From Candidatus Bathyarchaeia archaeon (GTDB lineage: Archaea > Thermoproteota > Bathyarchaeia > 40CM-2-53-6), in contig JBEKSC010000045.1 in the NCBI GenBank assembly GCA_049517415.1, positions 1-12,911 on the forward strand: a stretch of DNA of 12,911 nt, written 5' to 3'. Positions 1 to 7,388 of this stretch are shown here, piece by piece. Made by a program: the position numbers and the translations under genes. The first letter of the stretch is position 1. The number at the start of each line of letters is the position of its first letter. A model generated the notes under the pieces. The model made no database searches, was not told the origin of the DNA, and saw only the letters and a list, made by a program, of their open reading frames with translations.

Positions 1-1
1 C

Positions 2-106
2 AAAGAGAACGTAGAGGCGGTGAAACGCGCGAAGGATCTATCTCGAGGAGCCTTCCCACCCGAAGCTAAGAAGGGCGGTGAGAGAGAACTCTCCTACGTA
101 AGTTAA
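2..106 (+). CDS. 3' end of a CDS entering from the left edge (..KENVEAVKRAKDLSRGAFPPEAKKGGERELSYVS*); possibly PAC2/proteasome-assembly-chaperone family
   Basis: Frame 2 is open from the window edge to TAA 104-106. The charged tail ending in ELSYVS loosely resembles archaeal PAC2-family C-termini. The family call is weak. Confidence 0.5.
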   Translation, partial: KENVEAVKRAKDLSRGAFPPEAKKGGERELSYVS

Positions 107-123
107 CTCGCCCAGTGTTCGCA

Positions 124-285
124 ATGAAGGTCATGTGTAACCAATGCGGAAAGGTGCTGGATCTTATGGTGGCAACGTCCTTCTCAGTGGAAGAGTCCGG
201 ACAACTGAAAACATACCATTTCTGCACAGATGGCCACATGAGGGAATTTGCCCGAAAGAAAAGGCTTCCATTAGGCAAGTATTAA
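124..285 (+). CDS. 53-aa TRASH/YHS-like metal-binding protein (MKVMCNQCGKVLDLMVATSFSVEESGQLKTYHFCTDGHMREFARKKRLPLGKY)
   Basis: Manual translation, ATG 124 to TAA 283-285. CxxCGK...YHFCxxxH matches the TRASH/YHS layout. It fills the gap between the upstream stop and the ArsR gene. It is shorter than any ORF in the supplied track. Confidence 0.75.
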   Translation: MKVMCNQCGKVLDLMVATSFSVEESGQLKTYHFCTDGHMREFARKKRLPLGKY

Positions 286-330
286 CTGCCCGCGCAACCA
301 TACTAACTGCCGTAAGCGCAGGACTATTGG

Positions 331-627
331 ATGTCAACCTCCGAAGATTTGCATTCAGCCTCTACAACTTTCGCTGCGTTAGGTAACGTCGTGCGGCTTC
401 GCATTCTACTGATGTTGATGGATAGCAAGAAACCCTTGCACATTACTGCCGTCGCGAGCAACCTGAAAATGGATTACGGCGGGATTTACAGACACGTCGA
501 AGTTCTAAGGGAGGCAGGCCTGATACAGGTCTACGAAGTGGGTAGGTCGAGGGTACTCTCACCTCTCAACGTTGATCTTCTGCGCGACCTCGTTTCGAAA
601 GCGAAAAACTTCAACAAAAAGCGATAA
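331..627 (+). CDS. ArsR/SmtB-family winged-helix transcriptional regulator
   Basis: 98 aa; FAALGNVVRLRIL, HTH region and HVEVLREAGLI...GR motifs typical of the ArsR family. Confidence 0.85.
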   Translation: MSTSEDLHSASTTFAALGNVVRLRILLMLMDSKKPLHITAVASNLKMDYGGIYRHVEVLREAGLIQVYEVGRSRVLSPLNVDLLRDLVSKAKNFNKKR

Positions 628-673
628 TCTAATGTCGTAATTGATATAATATTATGCCTATTTAGTACAAATC

Positions 674-711
674 TCATAATGTAACAGTTAAGTCATGATG
701 TAAGAGTTAAG
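674..711. repeat. Tandem imperfect 19-bp direct repeat in the AT-rich intergenic region; candidate operator
   Basis: tcataatgtaacagttaag (674-692) then tcatgatgtaagagttaag (693-711), 17/19 identical. Confidence 0.7.
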
Positions 712-724
712 TAGTTGTGACTTA

Positions 725-1435
725 TTGTGCGCACAATTTGTGGTTTCGTTGGCCGAAGGACTGTTTGCCAGACGAAGCGTGGCGCTAACTGGTGCAGCCG
801 TTTTTGGGAGCTTGGCGGCTCTAACAACGATTGTGCTTCCTGCCAACATTCAGCCCGCATTCCCATTATTGAGCTTCCTACGTTTTGATCCGGCTGAATT
901 GTTCGATGTCCTAGCCTTCTTGATCTTCGGTCCTATACCCGCGCTGATAACCGCCGTCGTTCACTGGGCAATCCTTGCAGAAACTGGAACTAATGGTATC
1001 CTAGGCCCGACGGGGAAGTTCGCCGCAGTCTTGTCGACGCTGTTAGGGCTCTGGTTAGGAAGTATGGCCTATCGGCGCATAGCACAAAAGAGCACTCGCG
1101 CTTCTCTGGCTCTGGGCACGATGCTGGGTTTTGCAGCCTTAGCTCGAATCGGGTTGATGCTTGTCGTGAACTATTTCATTTTCACGTACATTGGGCCAGT
1201 TGTTTTTGGAATCAATTACCTCAGCTTCAGCCAAAAATCGCTAGCCGCGGTGGGAATGCAGTTCGCGAACTCTTCGCAGGTACTTTGGGCGATGCTTCTC
1301 TTCACGAGCATCTTCAACGGCATGCACGCGGCCTTCTCCGTGATAATCCCTTACATGATTTTCACGCCCTTGAGTTTGAAGGTCCCTGAAATCGCCTCAG
1401 GCCATCCTTGGATTAGCAAGTTCACATCCCACTAG
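725..1435 (+). CDS. ECF transporter S component, RibU/FmnP (riboflavin-type)-like
   Basis: About 6 hydrophobic segments. FPLLSFLRFDPAELFDVLAFLIFGP resembles the RibU-family F-L-x-x-D-x-x-[DE]...G-P signature. The true start may be GTG 740 or TTG 749. Confidence 0.75.
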   Translation: MCAQFVVSLAEGLFARRSVALTGAAVFGSLAALTTIVLPANIQPAFPLLSFLRFDPAELFDVLAFLIFGPIPALITAVVHWAILAETGTNGILGPTGKFAAVLSTLLGLWLGSMAYRRIAQKSTRASLALGTMLGFAALARIGLMLVVNYFIFTYIGPVVFGINYLSFSQKSLAAVGMQFANSSQVLWAMLLFTSIFNGMHAAFSVIIPYMIFTPLSLKVPEIASGHPWISKFTSH

Positions 1436-1471
1436 TGAAACGCTCCCGACTGAAATTACGCGGGCCTTTCC

Positions 1472-2398
1472 TTGATCGTTGCCTTAGCGGGAGGAGTTGG
1501 AGCAGCAAGATTCCTCGAAGGCTTAATTCGAGTAGCTCCTCAGAGAGACATCACGATCATAGGAAATGTTGGGGATGACACCAACGTGTACGGCCTCCAC
1601 GTCTCCCCAGACTTGGACATAGTCACTTACACACTCGCTGGCCTTGTTGACCAGAGAAAAGGCTGGGGCTTTCGAGGCGACACATTTCATTGTCAAGCGT
1701 TGCTTCGAAAATACGGTTTTGAAACTTGGTTCAACCTAGGCGACCGCGACCTAGCAACCCACATCTATCGTACGGAAGAACTTCACCGAGGCAGGCGGCT
1801 GTCGGAAGTTACTGGAGACCTAGTTTCGCGTTTGGGGCTTCGAGTGAAGCTGCTTCCTGCAACCGACGATTTGCTCCAAACATACGTTCTATCTGGAGGC
1901 CGACAAATGCACTTCCAACAATATATGGTGAGACGAAAGACGAAGCCAAAGGTTCAAGGAGTAGTTTTTCGCGGCACTGAATCCGCCAAGCCAGCGAAAC
2001 ATGTTGCCGAGTCAATCACGAGAGCAAGAGGCATCATTGTCTGCCCAAGCAACCCGATTGTTAGCATCGGCGCAATCCTCGCCGTTCGTGGCATCAAGTC
2101 CGCGCTCAGGAAAACTACGGGGAGGGTTGTTGGAATTAGCCCAATCATTGGCGGTAAGACAGTAAAAGGGCCAGCTGACAAATTGATGAAGGCAGTGGGA
2201 ATCGAGGCGAGTGCATTTGGAGTAGCCGAATGTTACAGTGGCTTCTTGGATACGCTCATAATCGACCGCCTCGACAGGGAACTTGCACCAGAGATCAAGG
2301 CCATCGGGATTAAACCGATTGTGACGAACACGCTCATGAAAACAATGGCTGACAAAGTTCGTTTGGCGAAAGTTGCAATAAGTGAATTCCGTCGTTGA
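1472..2398 (+). CDS. cofD: 2-phospho-L-lactate transferase (F420 biosynthesis)
   Basis: LAGGVGAARFL, GNVGDD, LHVSPDLD, WFNLGDRDLATH, PSNPIVSIG and KGPADKLM motifs; 308 aa. Confidence 0.96.
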   Translation: MIVALAGGVGAARFLEGLIRVAPQRDITIIGNVGDDTNVYGLHVSPDLDIVTYTLAGLVDQRKGWGFRGDTFHCQALLRKYGFETWFNLGDRDLATHIYRTEELHRGRRLSEVTGDLVSRLGLRVKLLPATDDLLQTYVLSGGRQMHFQQYMVRRKTKPKVQGVVFRGTESAKPAKHVAESITRARGIIVCPSNPIVSIGAILAVRGIKSALRKTTGRVVGISPIIGGKTVKGPADKLMKAVGIEASAFGVAECYSGFLDTLIIDRLDRELAPEIKAIGIKPIVTNTLMKTMADKVRLAKVAISEFRR

Positions 2399-3060
2399 AA
2401 ACTCGTTCACGTCAAGTGGGACGTGTGCATGCAATCGTCCCCTTGAACGTTCTCAAAAAATCGAAAGCACGACTTTCACCTATCCTTAGGCCGGCTGAGA
2501 GAGAGCAGTTAACTCTCGCTATGCTGAACGACGTTCTCTCCGCCTTGCGGATGGCGAAGCGGATTCATTCGGTAACGGTTGTTAGCGGCGATAAGAGCAT
2601 GCGTAGAATCTGCAAGCGTCTCGGAGCTAGTTTTCTCTGGGAGGGGAGAAGACGTGGCCTCAACAGGGGGGTCAAATTAGCTGTTAGACACGCTCAGCAG
2701 AGAGGTGCCTCCTCCGTTCTTGTGATTCATTCGGATCTCCCGCTTCTCAAAGCACTGGAAGTTGACACGTTCCTTAAGCGATCCGAGGGATGCTCAGTGG
2801 CGCTTACACCATCCAAAGACCGTGATGGAACTAACGCCCTGCTCATGAGTCCACCACAGGTGATCCGACCAGTCTTTGGCAAAGACAGCTTCCGGAAACA
2901 CCTGTCGCTCGCCAAGCAGAGAAAAGCTCGCAGCAAAGTGTTGCTGTTCAATGGCATTGGTTTCGACGTTGACACGCCAAGGGATGTCGTTGAGTTGATG
3001 CGTCGGCCGTTGCGGAATGAAACCGGACGAGTCCTACGGGCTTTTCGAAAACGGAGTTAG
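2395..3060 (+). CDS. cofC: 2-phospho-L-lactate/phosphoenolpyruvate guanylyltransferase (F420 biosynthesis)
   Basis: AIVP...KSKARLS, AMLNDVL, GLN, SDLP, GTNAL, FGKDSFRKH and DVDTPRD motifs. TTG start overlaps the cofD TGA (TTGA). Confidence 0.93.
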   Translation: MKTRSRQVGRVHAIVPLNVLKKSKARLSPILRPAEREQLTLAMLNDVLSALRMAKRIHSVTVVSGDKSMRRICKRLGASFLWEGRRRGLNRGVKLAVRHAQQRGASSVLVIHSDLPLLKALEVDTFLKRSEGCSVALTPSKDRDGTNALLMSPPQVIRPVFGKDSFRKHLSLAKQRKARSKVLLFNGIGFDVDTPRDVVELMRRPLRNETGRVLRAFRKRS

Positions 3061-3122
3061 CGGTGCGCCGAAAGAGACTCAGGGCAAAGGAATTTAGAGG
3101 CAAGCGGGAGTGTTTGGGTGGG

Positions 3123-4483
3123 GTGTTTGAATTAGCATCACCTAGGGAAAGCCACGATAAAGTGCTCCAGCTTCTGGAGCAGCATACTAAGTGGTTTTCA
3201 GAATCAATTCCGCTGATTGCATCGGAGAACGTTCCCAGCCCCGCGGTTCGCGAAGCCATCATTTCAGACTTCGGGAATCGCTACGCGGAATAGGCAAGCC
3301 GATCAGGCTTCTGCCTCCGTAGGGATGGGTTGGAGAACGCGTATACGCGGGCTGCGTATACATAGACCAAGTTGAGCGGCTCTGCATAGACCTAGCAAAG
3401 GATCTATTCCGAGTCGAATTCGCGGACGTTAGGCCAGTCTCTGGAGTTTGCGCAAACCTCGTGGTCTACACCGCTTTCACAAACCCCGGCGACCGCATGC
3501 TCACTTTGGCTATACCAAACGGCGGCCACATCTCGAGTGGCCGCAAAGATTTCTCTGGAACTGCAGGCTCGGTCCACGGCTTGGAAGTGGAATACTTTCC
3601 CTTCGACCGCCATGAAATGAACATTGACGTCGATAAGGCAAAGCAGAAAATTGAGAAGATGACGAAGGAGGAGAATAAACCGCCCAAGCTTGGGATGTTC
3701 GGTGGGAGCCTCTTCCTCTTCCCCCAGCCCCTGAGGGAGCTAGCTGAGTCGTTACATAATGTTGGTGCGACGGTGGCTTATGACGCGGCTCACGTCGCTG
3801 GGCTCATTGCGGGAGGAATCTTCCAAGACCCGCTGAGGGAAGGTGCTGACGTAGTGTGCCTGAGCACCCACAAAACGCTCTTCGGCCCGCAGGGAGGGGC
3901 GGTACTCTCATTCGAGAAATACGCGGAGCAAATCAAGAAGGCAACGTTTCCATCGAACACGAGCAACCACCATCTGCATAACCTAGCCGGGAAAGCGGTT
4001 GCTTTCGCGGAAATGTTAGAGTTCGGAAAACAGTACGCTAAGCAAGTTGTGGCAAATGCCAAAGCCCTGGGTCAGGCGTTGCATGAACGCGGCCTTAACC
4101 TTCTGGGCGAGCACAAAGGTTTCACTGAAACGCACCAGATCGCCGTTGACGTAACCAAGTACGGCTTGGGTGGAGACATGGAGAGAGCACTTGAAAGCGC
4201 CAACATAATCGTCAATCGCCAACTCTTACCCGGGGACATTCAGGCGGGAAGGCATTACCAAAACCCAGGCGGCATCCGCATAGGCGCCTCGGAGATTACA
4301 AGGATCGGGATGAAGGAAAACCAAATGGTCGAAGTGGCTGAGCTAATCAAAAGAATCGTCATCGACAAGCAAGACCCCAAGAAAGTCAAGGCCGACGTGT
4401 TAGAGTTTAGAAAAGATTTTCAGAAGGTTCACTACTGCTTCGAGAGCGCAAAGAAAGCCTACGAGTACATCAAAGTACGCTAA
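3123..4483 (+). CDS. glyA: Serine hydroxymethyltransferase, archaeal type; join(3123..3290,3323..4483), about 442 aa after removal of a 32-nt intron
   Basis: Exon 1 encodes IPLIASENVPS...SDFGNRYAE. Exon 2 encodes GWVGERVYAGC..., GGHIS, YDAAHVAGLIAG, the PLP-lysine motif STHKT and GIRIG. The halves are in different frames and join seamlessly if 3291-3322 is removed. The start codon is uncertain (GTG 3123 or TTG 3114). Confidence 0.93.
3291..3322 (+). other. Putative bulge-helix-bulge (relaxed, HBh'-like) intron in glyA pre-mRNA
   Basis: Central 4-bp helix GCGG 3285-3288 / CCGU 3317-3320. 3-nt bulges AAU 3289-3291 and AGG 3321-3323. Intronic stem AGGCA 3292-3296 / UGCCU 3312-3316 plus AGCC/GGCU closing a GAUCA loop. 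Cutting after the second nt of each bulge gives GAA|GGA. Confidence 0.85.
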
Positions 4484-4500
4484 CAGGTGCTTATATAACG

Positions 4501-5277
4501 ATGAATCCCAAAGTCACCGTCATAACCGGAGCGAGCAGCGGCATAGGGGCCGCACTAGCGAAGGAGCTGGGGGCTAGGGGCCACCAGTTGGTTATTGGAG
4601 CCCGTCGAGAAAAGGAACTGAAAGAAGTCGCAGCCCATACTGGAACTGACACGGTACCAGTTGTTGTCGATGTTACCCGACGGCGAGACATCGAACATTT
4701 ACGTGATGTTGCAATTGAGAAATTCGGTCACGTTGATGTTTGGGTGAGCAATGCTGGCCGCGGCTCAGGGAAGACCGTAATGGAGTTGACGGAGGCGGAA
4801 TTGGATGAGATGATTGCGGTTAACCTGAAATCCGCTTACTATGGGATGCAAACCATCGTTCCCCATTTTCAACAGAGGGGCGAGGGACACCTCATCAACG
4901 TATCCTCCTTCCTGGGCAGAGTTCCTTTGGCAACCTACCGGTCCGCGTATAACGCGGCCAAGGCGGGGGCGAATATGCTGACCACCAATTTGCGAATGGA
5001 CTTGAGGGTCAAATATCCGGGGATTCATGTTTCACTAGTTCTAGCGGGGTTCGTTGATACCGATTTTCACAAAGTCGCAGCCACACCTTTCCCCGTAAAG
5101 GCGGGAACCCGCGTCGGCGAAGCGGTCGTTCAATCCGCAGAAGAGGTCGCGAAACAGATTGCATCCCTGATAGAGCATCCGGTCGCTGAACTCTACACCA
5201 ACCCAGGCCAAAGGGATCTTACGGTGCGATACTATCAAGACGTAGGCGCATTCGAAGAACGAATGGCCCAAAGATAG
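4501..5277 (+). CDS. Short-chain dehydrogenase/reductase (SDR)
   Basis: TGASSGIG nucleotide-binding motif, NAG, INVSS and catalytic YNAAK; 258 aa. Confidence 0.93.
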   Translation: MNPKVTVITGASSGIGAALAKELGARGHQLVIGARREKELKEVAAHTGTDTVPVVVDVTRRRDIEHLRDVAIEKFGHVDVWVSNAGRGSGKTVMELTEAELDEMIAVNLKSAYYGMQTIVPHFQQRGEGHLINVSSFLGRVPLATYRSAYNAAKAGANMLTTNLRMDLRVKYPGIHVSLVLAGFVDTDFHKVAATPFPVKAGTRVGEAVVQSAEEVAKQIASLIEHPVAELYTNPGQRDLTVRYYQDVGAFEERMAQR

Positions 5278-5391
5278 TTCTCTTTAACTTAGGTGTTCGG
5301 CGAGGCTCATCATAATCGATGGTACAATCCTCAACCACAATTGCAACAGGCTTGCTCAAGAGCTAAACTTAGACGGCCATAGGAGGCTTAT

Positions 5392-5964
5392 GTGGTTTCG
5401 ATGCCGGTTCTGCGCCCAGGGGAAATGTACAGGGAGGTTGTTTTGGGGGATGGCAGGAAGGCTGTGCTGCGGTCTCCTGAGTGGGATGACCTAGACGACT
5501 TTCTAGGTTTGATAAACGAGTTAGTTGATGAACATGCCGACATTCTAAGAAGCACACACTCTACGCGGGGTGAGGAGGTTGATTGGTTAGCGGACCGGTT
5601 GACTGCCATAGAGAAGGGTAGCCTTATCGCATTAGTTGCCGAAGTAAACGGGAGAGTTGTTGCGAGCTCCGACGTCGCCCAGAGGACTCCGGAAAATCCG
5701 CAACACAACCATGTTGGGGTCCTTGGCATCGCCATACTGAAGACTGCCAGGGGGCTTGGGCTCGGAAAAGTGTTAATGGATTCACTCCTTGAACTCAGCA
5801 AAAAAGCAGGTTTGAAAATAATTATCCTAGACATGTTCGCCACTAACAGGGTGGCAAGGCGCCTATACGAAAAGGTCGGATTTGTAGAGGTCGGGAAGGT
5901 ACCTAAGGCCATCAACCAACACGGAAAATACATTGATCTAATTCGTTTTGCCATCGAAATCTGA
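5392..5964 (+). CDS. GNAT-family N-acetyltransferase
   Basis: ARGLGLGK acetyl-CoA motif A and N..ARRLYEKVGF. AGGAGG ribosome-binding site at 5381-5386, 5 nt before the GTG. Confidence 0.9.
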   Translation: MVSMPVLRPGEMYREVVLGDGRKAVLRSPEWDDLDDFLGLINELVDEHADILRSTHSTRGEEVDWLADRLTAIEKGSLIALVAEVNGRVVASSDVAQRTPENPQHNHVGVLGIAILKTARGLGLGKVLMDSLLELSKKAGLKIIILDMFATNRVARRLYEKVGFVEVGKVPKAINQHGKYIDLIRFAIEI

Positions 5965-5979
5965 AAGCGGGATTGAGCA

Positions 5980-6633
5980 TTATCTTCCGGCGTCTGCTAT
6001 TTCCGAGTTGGACGTTCGGACCTTCAGGATTTTGAATCCTAATTGGACTGCGGGCCCTATTGCGAGAGCGGCTACCAGCGTTCCAAGCCATGCTGGCCCT
6101 CCTAGCATCCATCCCACGACGACCACGGTTACTTCTATAATTGTGCGTGCAATACGCACGCTAGTCTTCCCGAGGCGTGATAGCGCCAGCATCAAAGTGT
6201 CACGTGGCCCGGCCCCAGCGTTGACTCCTATGTAGATTGCAGTGGCAAACCCCATGATCAAAACCCCGAGGAGGAGGTATCCGAGTTGAACGAGGACGGA
6301 ACCGGCGACTAGTGGAACGTAAGGTCTCAGGATATCGATCCATACACCGATGAAGATCATATTCGCAATTGTTCCCCAACCCAAGGGCTCCTTGAGGGCA
6401 ACATCAATGAGAATTATGATGAATGCGACGCCAATATTGGATTCTCCAAGCGTTATTGGTAAGTGGTAGGTTAGAGCCATTTGCAGAACATCCCACGGAT
6501 CCAAGCCAAGGCTCGCTTGAACAATCACATCGATCGCCACGCCGAATAGTAGAAAACCAATTTGAATAACAAAGAAGTCCCAGGCGAAGCGCCTCCAACC
6601 CAACCAATTGAACTGGAAGACTTTACCGTTCAA
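5980..6633 (-). CDS. YczE/YyaS/YitT-family membrane protein
   Basis: ASLGLDPWDVL, GWGTIANMIFIG, AGAGPRDTLM and GTLVAALAIGP motifs; multiple TM helices. Confidence 0.88.
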   Translation of the reverse strand: MNGKVFQFNWLGWRRFAWDFFVIQIGFLLFGVAIDVIVQASLGLDPWDVLQMALTYHLPITLGESNIGVAFIIILIDVALKEPLGWGTIANMIFIGVWIDILRPYVPLVAGSVLVQLGYLLLGVLIMGFATAIYIGVNAGAGPRDTLMLALSRLGKTSVRIARTIIEVTVVVVGWMLGGPAWLGTLVAALAIGPAVQLGFKILKVRTSNSEIADAGR

Positions 6634-6897
6634 GGCCTGTAAATTCTAACACCCGCCCGCAGACAGATTCGTTTCCTTCGCTCCTTGGTTCAGCAACTCA
6701 TTAATTTTGGTGTGGCATCATCGTGATTCCATACTCTTCGTATACATGTAGACGTCTCGGTGGAAGTGATCTTCTTGGGCCACCGGTTACGAGATGGTCC
6801 TCATTTAGTTTAGTCCAAACGATAGCATTCAGTACTGTTCTATTCTGTGGTCGTTTATCACGGCTCTTTCTTACCACCTAACTGGAGATCCTCGGTT

Positions 6898-7296
6898 ATG
6901 AGCGGAAGTGAAACAAACCGGCGTGAGTTTCTACTCTAATGGGTCGGCCTGTTCGTAGTAGCCCTCGCCGTAGTCTCAATCTTCATTTCAATAACTAATC
7001 TGGTAGCTAACGTGCTGAGTTACAACTGCTACATTCCAGTCGTTTCAGGAATACTCGGCATACCCCCGCCTCCACCCACACCAGTCTCGAACCCCGTAAC
7101 CGTCATAAATAGTACAAGGTTCACAAACGCTACAACGCCGAAAAGTGGTGTTATTCAGCAGCTGCCGCCATACGAATACTACTGCATGAATCCAATCATA
7201 CCAGTCGCCGTTCTGACCTTCATGTTCAATCTACTCTCCTCGCTCGTCTTCATAGGCGTCGGGGCGTATATGATGCTAAACGGAAAGAAACGATAG
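6898..7296 (+). pseudogene. Small membrane-anchored protein with a Pro/Thr-rich loop, interrupted by in-frame TAA at 6937-6939
   Basis: ATG 6898 (GGAGA at 6884-6888) is in frame with the 7012..7296 ORF: MSGSETNRREFLL*WVGLFVVALAVVSIFISITNLVANVLSY...TM-NGKKR. Confidence 0.55.
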
Positions 7297-7388
7297 TAAT
7301 CTTGCTCGAAAACTCAATGAAAAAGGGAGGATTAGTTGCGCAAGTCGTCCAAGGTAAAGGTCAAATGGACGAATTAACCTAGGCATCA

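Noticed and set aside
66..386. ORF-track entries 66..278 (-) and 144..386 (+)
   Set aside because: No recognisable motifs. They overlap the better-supported 124..285 protein, and 144..386 also overlaps the ArsR gene.
674..711. CRISPR array
   Set aside because: Only two adjacent 19-bp copies with no spacer, and no cas genes in the window.
3292..3316. Hairpin as a terminator or miniature transposon
   Set aside because: There is no U-tract after it and no clear target-site duplication. The stem geometry is better explained as the intronic helix of a splice motif.
3288..3325. Pyrrolysine/amber readthrough, programmed frameshift or T4 gene 60-style ribosomal hop at the TAG
   Set aside because: The insert is not a multiple of 3. 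There is no slippery run. A second TAG blocks the downstream frame, and no matching GAA landing codon precedes GGA 3323.
3063..4483. glyA as a pseudogene or as two separate ORFs (3063..3293 and 3461..4483)
   Set aside because: Both halves retain the SHMT motifs, and 3323-3460 encodes conserved sequence in frame. One precise 32-nt excision predicted by BHB geometry restores a full-length protein.
4491..4498. TTATATAA as the TATA box of the SDR gene
   Set aside because: It ends only 2 nt before the ATG, too close for an archaeal promoter of that gene.
5388..5954. 188-aa antisense ORF, and similar shadow ORFs such as 7535..8011, 10385..10951 and 12134..12442
   Set aside because: They lie opposite well-supported genes and carry no motifs of their own.
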